This document shows, one piece after another, positions 45,598 to 54,432 of a DNA stretch of 64,000 nt. Under the pieces are notes generated by a model that had not been told where the DNA came from, ran no database searches, and was given only the letters and a program-made list of their open reading frames with translations. Origin of the DNA: Methanobacteriota archaeon. GTDB taxonomy: Archaea > Thermoplasmatota > E2 > DHVEG-1. Position 1 is the first letter of the stretch. Each line of letters begins with the position of its first letter. The translations under genes and the position numbers were made by a program. The stretch covers positions 608,001-672,000 of the forward strand of contig CAVYNH010000006.1 in the NCBI GenBank assembly GCA_963769885.1, in the 5' to 3' direction.

Positions 45598-46488
45598 TCA
45601 CGACGCGGTCATATTGACTGTGAAGCCGGCTGCAATGGCGGAGCCGAGGTAGCATTTCTCGCCGCCGTCCTCGCTCATCCAGATCTTGATGCCGCTGAAC
45701 TCATACAAGGCTGGACAGGCGAAGTAGGTCTCGTCGAAGCGGACTTTTCCTGGCAGGCTCCCGCGTAGCTCGCCGTTCCTGATCCTGGGGCCGAGCAGGC
45801 CAAGCGTCGTCGCCCAGCCATCGGCATAGACATAATCGGTACGAAACCAATTATACAGCCCGACGCTGAAGAAATCCGCGACCGCAACAGGATTGATATC
45901 CACCCGGTAGACGAGGGCCTCCCCGAAGCCTTCGATTGCACCGCCGATTGCCATAAGGATTGATCCGATGATGCCAGGATAGGGATGGGCGGTTAAGAGG
46001 ACACTGATGAGGAAGATGGCGATGCCGGTCATGATGATGATGAAGGGCAGCGGCCGGCCGGTGTACGTCAACGTGGTATGCCCGGCGACGAGGCAGAAGA
46101 GGTTCAAGTCCACAAGCCCTGCCGCCTGCGGGTTTCTCTGCCCCGAAGGCTCCTCTCGGTACCACCGTGTGACGAGCCCCTGCGCCTGCGCAAGCGAGAG
46201 GCCGCCGAACACCCCGTACGGGTACAGTCGGGCCACGGCCGAGGTGTAGGCCTGATAGCGTTCCGCGGTCGTTGTGGCAGTGCCGGCGTCTCGGTTGACG
46301 TCATCAATAATTTCACGGATCTCTTGAACGGCCGCCTCGGAGAGGGTCACGCGGGACTGCTGGGGGCCTGTTGCGCCGGTCAACTCAACAGTAATCTGAC
46401 GTTGGGTATCTGCGGCGGTGAGCGAGGGCCCGAGCGTCGCACACAGCATGATGCCTGCAAGGATGCTGCCGATCAGTCGTCTCATCAT
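45598..46488 (-). CDS. Hypothetical secreted/membrane protein
   Basis: Signal peptide and two internal TM segments; tightly coupled to the upstream NosD gene. Confidence 0.72.
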   Translation of the reverse strand: MMRRLIGSILAGIMLCATLGPSLTAADTQRQITVELTGATGPQQSRVTLSEAAVQEIREIIDDVNRDAGTATTTAERYQAYTSAVARLYPYGVFGGLSLAQAQGLVTRWYREEPSGQRNPQAAGLVDLNLFCLVAGHTTLTYTGRPLPFIIIMTGIAIFLISVLLTAHPYPGIIGSILMAIGGAIEGFGEALVYRVDINPVAVADFFSVGLYNWFRTDYVYADGWATTLGLLGPRIRNGELRGSLPGKVRFDETYFACPALYEFSGIKIWMSEDGGEKCYLGSAIAAGFTVNMTAS

Positions 46489-46489
46489 T

Positions 46490-47593
46490 CTATCTTCCTC
46501 CCAAAGCATCGTCAGGGTAGGGGCTCTGGGCTGGCGAGAAATCATGCATCGTCCACGACACCCCCGGGGCTCCGAACCACGACAACAGTTCACTGAGAAT
46601 CATCGTTCCATAGATCGCCTTCTTGCCGGAGACGGGCTGCTCCCAGTAGTTCCCGTCCCATTTCACCAGCTGCAAAGAGACGATGAAGGGAACCTTGACC
46701 CGGTCCCATAGTGAAAACGAGAACACCGCATCTTCGTTGTCCTGGATGAACGTGTTCTCCTTGACCTCGCAGAGGATCGCATGGTCGATGTTCACCCCGA
46801 TGCGGTTCCCCGTAATGTTATTCCTCAGGAGGAGATGGTCGTCGCCGGTGATCATGACGCCGGTGTCTGAGCCGGCGATGTAGTTTCCTTCGGCATCGCC
46901 ATGATCGAACCAGCCGAGGGCGACCTGCGGGTTATCTATGAAGCGGTTCTGCCGCAGCATCGAGTCGCCTCCCCTGTACCCATACCCTGTATTACCACTG
47001 ATCGTGTTGTTCGTGATGAGGCCGCCGGATCCTTCATCGTCGATCCCCAGCCCAGTGTTGTTCCGGATGAGGTTATGGTCGATCGTGTTTTCGTGTGAGA
47101 CCCAGATCCTGATGCCATCTTGATTGCATTCGATGATGTTATCGCAAATGACGTTCCGATTCGAATTGTGCAGATACACCCCGTATTGATAGTACCCGGT
47201 GCTGTTCCGGATGGTGAAGCCCGACACCTGGCTGGCGCCCCCGGAGAGCAGGACGCCATGCCCCGCCGCCATCGCATCAATGACCGTCGTACTCTTGTTT
47301 TCCCCCATCAAAATCACGCTGTGGCTCACCACAACGCGCTCACGGTAGAGCCCGGAGAACACATACACGGTGTCATTCGCATTGGTATGGTTGACGCCGT
47401 CCATGATGTGCTGGAACGGATGCTCCAGCGTCCCTTCCCATGGCCCCTGCGTGTTGTCATCGTCGACATAGATCGTCTGCGAACCCGCAGGACTCACAGC
47501 CTTTACAGGATTCACAGCGACCACCGCGAAGGCGGACTCAAGGCAGACAAAACCGACGACGAAGACTGCGACAAGGCCACGGAAAGCAACCAT
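46490..47593 (-). CDS. NosD/parallel beta-helix secreted protein
   Basis: TIYVDDDNTQGPWEGTLEHPFQHI, beta-helix repeats, WDGNYW. Confidence 0.88.
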   Translation of the reverse strand: MVAFRGLVAVFVVGFVCLESAFAVVAVNPVKAVSPAGSQTIYVDDDNTQGPWEGTLEHPFQHIMDGVNHTNANDTVYVFSGLYRERVVVSHSVILMGENKSTTVIDAMAAGHGVLLSGGASQVSGFTIRNSTGYYQYGVYLHNSNRNVICDNIIECNQDGIRIWVSHENTIDHNLIRNNTGLGIDDEGSGGLITNNTISGNTGYGYRGGDSMLRQNRFIDNPQVALGWFDHGDAEGNYIAGSDTGVMITGDDHLLLRNNITGNRIGVNIDHAILCEVKENTFIQDNEDAVFSFSLWDRVKVPFIVSLQLVKWDGNYWEQPVSGKKAIYGTMILSELLSWFGAPGVSWTMHDFSPAQSPYPDDALGGR

Positions 47594-47773
47594 CAGCTAT
47601 CCTCCCTACTCACAAACACAAGCGCCTTTGCCGTATTTAAATGATACCACCTCATTATTTAAACACCACATACGAAAAGAAAACGAACACACCGACCTCC
47701 ACTATCACCGACGAAAATCGGAACCCTTATAAGCCAACAGAATTTCAACTACACTTCGGGGAGACGACAAGAG

Positions 47774-49687
47774 ATGGCAACCACTCATGATGCTGACACC
47801 CTTTTGCGTTCACGACTCCCACCCATCCAGTACCACAAACTCACGGCGATCGCCAACCCCGCCGTCCACGACTTCATCGCCACCACCATCCACCACTGCA
47901 ACCCCGCCACCGTGTTCGTCAGCACCGACTCACCCCACAACCTCGCCGCCATCCGCCAGGCCGCCATCGACACCCACGAAGAACACCCCCTCAAGACCCC
48001 CGGCCACACCATCCACTTCGACGGCCCCCACGACCAAGGCCGCGACAAAGACCACACCAAATTCCTGCTTCCACAAGGAGTCGACCTCGGCCCCGAAATC
48101 AACGCCCTCGACCGACAAACCGGCCTCCAAGAACTCCACACACTCCTAGAAAACATCATGGCCGGCCACACCCTCTACATCAAATTCTACTGCCTCGGCC
48201 CCGCTAACTCCCCCTTCACCATCCCCTGCCTCCAGCTCACCGACTCCGCCTACGTCGCCCACAGCGAAGACCTCCTCTACCGCCAAGGCTACCCCCACTT
48301 CATCCACCACCCCAACGCCCCCGTCTTCAAGTTCCTCCACTCCCAAGGCCAACTCCAACCCGCCGGCCTCGGCCTCATGGTCAGCAAGAACATCGACCAA
48401 CGCCGCGTCTACATCGACCTCCAAGACGAAACCATCTACAGCATCAACACCCAATACGGCGGCAACAGCATCGGCCTCAAAAAACTCGCCATGCGCCTCG
48501 GCATCCACCGCGGCAGCCAGGAAGGCTGGCTCACCGAACACATGCTGCTCATGGGCATCCGCGGCCCCAACAACCGCCTGACCTACCTCGCCGGCGCCTT
48601 CCCCAGCATATGCGGCAAAACCTCCACCGCCATGATGAACGGCGAGACCATCGTCGGCGACGACATCGCGTTCCTGCGCAACATCGGCGGCGTCTGCCGC
48701 GCCGTCAACGTCGAGGCCGGCATGTTCGGCATCATCGAAGGTATCAACCACACCGTCGACCCCCTCCAATGGGATGCCCTCACCAAGCCCGCCGAGATTA
48801 TCTTCTCCAACCAGCTCGTCACCACAGACAACGACGTCTACTGGAACGGGCGAGACAAACACCCGCCGGCTGCGGGCGTGAACTTCACCGGCGACTGGCA
48901 CCACGGCAAAACCGAAGCCAACGGCAAAATCATCCCTCCGTCGCACAAGAACGCCCGGTTCACGTTCAACCTGGCCATCCTCCCCAACGTCGACCCTGCC
49001 TTGCACGCCCCCAACGGCGTTGAGGTCCAGGCGATTGTCTACGGCGGCCGGGACTCGGACACCTCAGTGCCAATCGAGGAAAGCTTCGACTGGACCCACG
49101 GGCTCATCACGAAGGGCGCCTTCCTGGAGTCGGAGACGACCGCGGCCACGCTGGGCGCCGAGGGCGTCCGCGCCTTCAACCCTATGTCCAACCTCGACTT
49201 CCTCTCCATCCCGATCGAGCGGTACATCGAGGACAACCTGCGGTTCGGCGCAGGCCTCCGCAAGCCGCCGCGGATCTTCGGCGTCAACTACTTCCTCAAG
49301 GACAAGGACGGCGCATGGCTCTCCGAGAAGAACGACAAGGCGGTCTGGCTGAAATGGATCGACCGCCGCGTCCACAGGGAGGTCGAGGCGATCACCACGC
49401 CGACCGGGATGATCCCCCGGCATGGCACGCTCGAGAAGCTCTTCGCCGAAGTCCTACAGAAGCAGTATCCGCTGGAGACGTACCGTCGGCAGTTCACAGT
49501 CCGGGTCAGGGAGAACCTCGCCAAGATTGACCGGATGACGACGATCTACAAAACCCGCGTGATGCACACGCCGGCGGTCCTCTTCTCTATCTTGGAGGAG
49601 CAGCAGCGGCGCCTCCATGAGGCCCAGGCCACGTACGGTGATTACATCGCTCCCGAGCAGCTATGCCGTCGTGAGCGGAGCGGTTAG
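47774..49687 (+). CDS. pckG: Phosphoenolpyruvate carboxykinase (GTP)
   Basis: QLTDSAYV, YGGNSIGLKKLAMR, WLTEHM, GAFPSICGKTSTAM, VGDDIA, HKNARF, VNYF motifs. Confidence 0.96.
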   Translation: MATTHDADTLLRSRLPPIQYHKLTAIANPAVHDFIATTIHHCNPATVFVSTDSPHNLAAIRQAAIDTHEEHPLKTPGHTIHFDGPHDQGRDKDHTKFLLPQGVDLGPEINALDRQTGLQELHTLLENIMAGHTLYIKFYCLGPANSPFTIPCLQLTDSAYVAHSEDLLYRQGYPHFIHHPNAPVFKFLHSQGQLQPAGLGLMVSKNIDQRRVYIDLQDETIYSINTQYGGNSIGLKKLAMRLGIHRGSQEGWLTEHMLLMGIRGPNNRLTYLAGAFPSICGKTSTAMMNGETIVGDDIAFLRNIGGVCRAVNVEAGMFGIIEGINHTVDPLQWDALTKPAEIIFSNQLVTTDNDVYWNGRDKHPPAAGVNFTGDWHHGKTEANGKIIPPSHKNARFTFNLAILPNVDPALHAPNGVEVQAIVYGGRDSDTSVPIEESFDWTHGLITKGAFLESETTAATLGAEGVRAFNPMSNLDFLSIPIERYIEDNLRFGAGLRKPPRIFGVNYFLKDKDGAWLSEKNDKAVWLKWIDRRVHREVEAITTPTGMIPRHGTLEKLFAEVLQKQYPLETYRRQFTVRVRENLAKIDRMTTIYKTRVMHTPAVLFSILEEQQRRLHEAQATYGDYIAPEQLCRRERSG

Positions 49688-49877
49688 CTACCCACTCCGC
49701 CCACAAAAATAACGCATTTCGGACGCAATGAATAACTATTTAAGAGGCCCACCTCCTCTCCCTATCTTGTAAGAAGAGAGAAGTAAGAATTTCGTGCCCA
49801 GTCTTTTCCGCCGGGGTTTTTATTTTTTTTGACTTGCACGCCTTCAGACCACCCAGCGGCTGAGGAGGTGACCGACC

Positions 49878-49952
49878 ACGGTAACCGACAAGAGACGACA
49901 CGACCAAAAACAGCGCAAGAACAAGATTCAACGGAAGAGCGCGAAGTTCTAA
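49878..49952 (+). CDS. Candidate 24-aa Lys/Arg-rich micropeptide with ACG start
   Basis: SD GGAGGTGA, then ACG GTA ACC GAC AAG AGA...TAA = (M)VTDKRRHDQKQRKNKIQRKSAKF, followed by a T-rich terminator. Confidence 0.35.
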   Translation, partial: TVTDKRRHDQKQRKNKIQRKSAKF

Positions 49953-50067
49953 GCAACCACCCCTCTTTTTTTCTTCTCTTTCATAACCATCTCAGAAGTA
50001 TGCTGGAAAAAATAAAAAAAAGAAAGAAAAGATCTTAGCAAAAAAACGAGTAACTCGGATTTTTCGA

Positions 50068-50208
50068 CTAGTATCTTTTTGGTCTATGATTCTGGAAGCA
50101 CTCCCGGCAATAGACCGGTCGGCTGCCATCCGGCTTGAAGGGAACTTGCGCTTCCTTGCCGCAGTCTGCACACGTCACGGTATGCATTTCTCGATTTTCG
50201 TTATACAT
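50068..50208 (-). CDS. CxxC-x17-CxxC zinc-finger small protein (46 aa, not in the ORF track)
   Basis: MYNENREMHTVTCADCGKEAQVPFKPDGSRPVYCRECFQNHRPKRY. Confidence 0.92.
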   Translation of the reverse strand: MYNENREMHTVTCADCGKEAQVPFKPDGSRPVYCRECFQNHRPKRY

Positions 50209-50360
50209 GTTTTTTCCTATGACGTACCGAAATACGTCCTGCCACTACTACGCAGAGGTGGTATTAATAGCTATGGGGTCTGAGATCACGGTTGGTCATG
50301 GTATACCCGGATACGCGGATGACAATCAGGGTCTTTTTTTTTAAGAAAAAATATGGGGGG

Positions 50361-50382
50361 ATCAGGCAGCGTTCTGCCTGAT
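50361..50382 (-). terminator. Hairpin downstream of the NosD gene
   Basis: ATCAGGCAG-CGTT-CTGCCTGAT, with an A/T tract downstream on the minus strand. Confidence 0.5.
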
Positions 50383-50425
50383 TATCATCCAACGTACTTG
50401 TTGGTTGGTTTTCTGAGCCCAGGCA

Positions 50426-51616
50426 TCATATCTTAAAGGGGTTCATCAACGGGTACATGTCTTGATTCAGCCCTCCAGGAATCCTGTAAGGGGTGTCTCC
50501 GATGCCGTCATGGTTCAGGTCAACGCCGGTGTAATCGTCCCAGTAGTTCCCTTGTTTCAAGGCGATGCTGTCCCATATATCGATGGAGTCATCCCAGGCG
50601 TTATACCGTGCATTGTGTCTGAAATTATTGTGGTAGAAGGTGTTGTTGTCAGAAGTATAGATGCTGACTCCATGGTAGGGTGCGTTGCCGGTGATATTGT
50701 TCGTGGTGATGGTATTGTCTCGGCTATGAGCCTGGAGGCTGATTCCTCGCCAGTTATTGAGGATTTGATTCCGATCGATAACACTCCGTGCGCTTGAATA
50801 GAGGAGGATGCCGTAACTATTACAGTTCGTGATCGTATTGCGGATGATCTGGTTGCCTATACAGCCGTTGCAGGTGATGCCGGCGCGATCATCGGCAGCA
50901 AAGGAGATGGTGTTTCCATAGATGATATTGTAGTTCGACCCACTGAGGACGATGACATCCCAGTAGGTAAAGGCGAGGACATTTCCGCGGATAGAGTTGA
51001 AGTTACTCGAATCCTGAAGGAAGATGCACCAGTTCTGACCTCGGTCTGCAATCACGTTATCGCTTAAGGCGTTGTTGCTTGAACGCACTAGCAACAAACA
51101 CGCTGAGCCAAAGGAGATCCTATTTCCGTAGATATTATTTGAGTTTGATTCTAGCCTAATCCCGTTCCCAGTTCCTGCATTGACGATGGTGCATCCTTTG
51201 ACGACATTGAAGTTCGCCTGTATTCGTACGGCGTTCCCCTGAGAGCCTTGGTGGCGGATGTAAAAGGTAGAGATATTGACTAACTGGACTACCGACACGA
51301 CGCAATCCCCGATGCCGCCGCCGTCGATGATCGTGTTGATCCTATCTTGACCGATCAGGTTGATTTGTTTGTTGACGATGACGTTTTCATAGTAGAGTCC
51401 ATTGAAGACATAGACCGTATCACCTTTCTGGGCGTTATTGATTCCGTCCTGGATATGCCGGTATGGATGGAGGAGCGTTCCATCCCATGGCCCGTAAATG
51501 TTATCGTCATCGACATAGATCGTCCTGCCCTGCGCTTGACATCGCTCAGCCGAGAGAATGGTTGGAACCATCAGCATGCATACGACTATTGCTATTATCG
51601 TTCTCTTCATCTTCAT
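50426..51616 (-). CDS. NosD/parallel beta-helix secreted protein
   Basis: TIYVDDDNIYGPWDGTLLHPY, beta-helix repeats, GNYWDDYTGVDLNHDGIGDTPY. Confidence 0.9.
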   Translation of the reverse strand: MKMKRTIIAIVVCMLMVPTILSAERCQAQGRTIYVDDDNIYGPWDGTLLHPYRHIQDGINNAQKGDTVYVFNGLYYENVIVNKQINLIGQDRINTIIDGGGIGDCVVSVVQLVNISTFYIRHQGSQGNAVRIQANFNVVKGCTIVNAGTGNGIRLESNSNNIYGNRISFGSACLLLVRSSNNALSDNVIADRGQNWCIFLQDSSNFNSIRGNVLAFTYWDVIVLSGSNYNIIYGNTISFAADDRAGITCNGCIGNQIIRNTITNCNSYGILLYSSARSVIDRNQILNNWRGISLQAHSRDNTITTNNITGNAPYHGVSIYTSDNNTFYHNNFRHNARYNAWDDSIDIWDSIALKQGNYWDDYTGVDLNHDGIGDTPYRIPGGLNQDMYPLMNPFKI

Positions 51617-51787
51617 ACCCCTTTTTTTTATTTGAAATTTCGACTCCTTTTTGAAAAGTATGTTCATTTTATAATGATTTCGATACAAGAAAAGAGACCT
51701 TTTCCCTTCCCCTCACGAATTCTTCAGGGAGGACTTGTGACCTGGACTCTCGCCGCTTCCTATGAGAAACGCTCGATGTATCCTTCT

Positions 51788-53050
51788 CTATCGTGACACC
51801 TCAATCGTCTCGAGCTCCTGCTGCCGCGTCTCGTACGGATGGAACAGCAACACCAGCGGGATCGGGACCCACGCCACGATCCCCGCCGCGACCCAGAACA
51901 GCTGCATCCCCGGCGACACCGTCAACAGCACCGCGGCCAGCACCGGCCCCGCCACGTACGACACCCGCGCGACCGCCGTCGTCCACCCCATGCAGATCCC
52001 CCGCCGCTCTGTCGGGAAAATCTCCGGGATAAACACCAGGATCCACACGTACGCAAACCCGATGAAAAACCCAGACGCGATCATCAACCCCACCGCCGCG
52101 CCCAGCGGGACGAGCCCGATCAGCAGCAGGCACAGTCCCATCCCCACGCTACCCGTCAGCAGGCCCAACTTGCGACCCACCTTGTCCATCATCCAGCCGC
52201 CCGTCAGCGCGCCGCCCATGATCGCCAGCAGCCCGCCCAGCAGCACCAGCGACCACCGATCCAGCGAGAACCCATGAATGTCCCGGAAGAAATGCCCAGC
52301 CCAGACCAGCAGCATCCCGACGATCAGCCCGCACATCCAGACGACCGAGGAGAACGCGATGTACTTCACATCCTGCCGGTTGATCCTCCCCCGGCCGAGC
52401 AGGCCGTGCCGTCGCTTCCCCAGCCGTCGTTCCTCCCTGATGATTTCGTACCGCTTCGTCTCCTTCATGAACACCCACAAAAGGAGCACCGGGATCATGA
52501 ACAGGAACATCACGCCGTACATCCACTTCCAGCTCACCCCCATCCGCTGCAGCAGCGAGGGGATTGCGGCCTGCAGCGGGATCATGCTGGCGAAGTACAC
52601 CACCGAGGCCAGCTTCGCGCGCCGCGCCGCCGGCACCTCCTCGCTCAGCGGGATCGCCCACATGTTCGACACCGTCGCGAACGTGACGACCGTGAAGAAC
52701 AGCATGAACCAGTGGAATGACGGCGTCGCATAGACGATGCCCAGCGACCCGAGGCCGAAGAGCAGGATGAGGAGCAGCAGCGTCCGCTTCCGCCCGATGA
52801 CGTCATTCAGGCCGTTCAGCAGGAATATCAGCAGCGTCGGCAGCAGGTACAGGGCCTTCCACCATGAATACTGCTCGGAACTGACATTATACTCTGCCAG
52901 AATATTCGGGATCGCGGTCGTCTCAATGTAGGAAAGATACTGGTCCATGAGGGCGACCATCGCCAGGAAGACGACGAGAAAGAGGATGTACTGCTGAGAC
53001 CGTTGAGCCACATTCTCAAAGCCTGTCTGGTTTGATTGCGAGCGACGCAT
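51788..53050 (-). CDS. MFS transporter
   Basis: About 12 TM segments; motif A-like LNDVIGRKR and MDKVGRK; PEIFPTERRG. Confidence 0.92.
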   Translation of the reverse strand: MRRSQSNQTGFENVAQRSQQYILFLVVFLAMVALMDQYLSYIETTAIPNILAEYNVSSEQYSWWKALYLLPTLLIFLLNGLNDVIGRKRTLLLLILLFGLGSLGIVYATPSFHWFMLFFTVVTFATVSNMWAIPLSEEVPAARRAKLASVVYFASMIPLQAAIPSLLQRMGVSWKWMYGVMFLFMIPVLLLWVFMKETKRYEIIREERRLGKRRHGLLGRGRINRQDVKYIAFSSVVWMCGLIVGMLLVWAGHFFRDIHGFSLDRWSLVLLGGLLAIMGGALTGGWMMDKVGRKLGLLTGSVGMGLCLLLIGLVPLGAAVGLMIASGFFIGFAYVWILVFIPEIFPTERRGICMGWTTAVARVSYVAGPVLAAVLLTVSPGMQLFWVAAGIVAWVPIPLVLLFHPYETRQQELETIEVSR

Positions 53051-53241
53051 CCGGCGGACAGGATGCTCGCGGAAATTTATAAAGCTACCTTTTGAAGCCG
53101 CACCAGAACAACGCTGTCGTTATCGGTACTTGACGATGTTCGGTGCCCGTGCCGTTTTGCCAGTCGCTGAACCACATTGCCTCGTTGCCCGGAACTCTTA
53201 TGAATTCCTGGCCGTTTATCGTATCCTCTGGTGAGAACGTT

Positions 53242-54060
53242 ATGAATGGGACAATGGTGATTCTTGCTGTCGCCGTCGCATGCCTCGTTGCAGGAGTTTC
53301 TGGGTGCATCATGCCCGGGACGCGATCGATAGAGACTGTGACCCTGCACTATCAGATGACGTCAGGCCAAGAGATCGACGTCATGAACAGCAACGGGAAT
53401 ATCCATATCGTTGCGTACAACGGCAGCAACCTCACTGTTCAGGCGAAGAAGATGACCTACGGCGGGTCTGGGGATCTGAAGAATATCAATGTCAGCATCG
53501 TCGAGGAAAACAACCACGTGCGGATTAGGACCGTGTTCACTGGTTCTTCTATAAGCCCGCAACGGCAGGTCGACTATACAATCTCGGTACCCCGCAACGT
53601 CAGTGTCGGTGCTGTCTCCACGTCGAATAACCAGATCACCGTCTCCGGTGTGAGAGGTGACGTGGTTGCGTCGACGTCGAACGCGCAGATTCTCATAGAG
53701 AATGTCGATGGGTTCGTCTCCGCGTCCACGAGTAACGCGCACATCGGCTTGACCGGGACGTCGGGGATTGCGCATGTTCAGACGTCGAACGCGGCGATCA
53801 ACACGGAGGTCTTCGGCCTTGCCAACTCGACGGTCATCCAGACGAGTAATGCCGCGATTACGATCTCGATTCTGCCGACGTTGAATGCGACGCTTGATTT
53901 GCAGACGTCCGACAGCAGCATTCATACGAGTGGGGTTCCGTTGGTTGTCACGACATCGGAGGGGAACCATCTTGTGGGGACGCTCGGCTCCGGCGGGAAG
54001 CACCTTACGGTTCAGACCTCGAATGCGGAGATTATCGTCAATGCAGTAGGAACCATTTGA
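53242..54060 (+). CDS. DUF4097 beta-strand-repeat (putative adhesin) lipoprotein
   Basis: Lipobox-like VAGVSGC; repeated (S/Q)TSNAxI motifs. Confidence 0.85.
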   Translation: MNGTMVILAVAVACLVAGVSGCIMPGTRSIETVTLHYQMTSGQEIDVMNSNGNIHIVAYNGSNLTVQAKKMTYGGSGDLKNINVSIVEENNHVRIRTVFTGSSISPQRQVDYTISVPRNVSVGAVSTSNNQITVSGVRGDVVASTSNAQILIENVDGFVSASTSNAHIGLTGTSGIAHVQTSNAAINTEVFGLANSTVIQTSNAAITISILPTLNATLDLQTSDSSIHTSGVPLVVTTSEGNHLVGTLGSGGKHLTVQTSNAEIIVNAVGTI

Positions 54061-54111
54061 ATGGGATAGACGTTTTTCTTCTCATCTTCGTTTCCAAAGG
54101 GCTATCATAAA

Positions 54112-54266
54112 GTATCCTAGATGGTCAGAAATAAATGATGTACCCTAGATGGTACATCGATATGAAAACCAGTACTATGGAGGATACACAGTAGAGATTT
54201 TTTATCAGGGACGAAGTATAATGCTCGTGAGGAGCCATGAATCATGCGGCACTTACTACCGGGTCA
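54112..54266 (+). repeat. Cluster of 16-bp quasi-palindromic sites
   Basis: GTATCCTAGATGGTCA (54112), GTACCCTAGATGGTAC (54140), GTACTATGGAGGATAC (54172), ACTTACTACCGGGTCA (54251). Confidence 0.7.
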
Positions 54267-54432
54267 GATTGATGAAAAACCCCCCCCACCACACTCCACC
54301 GTCACCCGTATGAGCCTCACCTCCTACGACGGGCCCGATTTCCTTTACGGTCTCCACTCTGGAAAAACGTGCGCGTCAATATGCGCAGCAGCCGTCAATA
54401 TATCATTATTCCAGGACGCCGTAACGTCCTTT

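Noticed and set aside
50086-50344. Small + strand ORFs in the track
   Set aside because: They are antisense to the genuine CxxC-x17-CxxC gene at 50068-50208.
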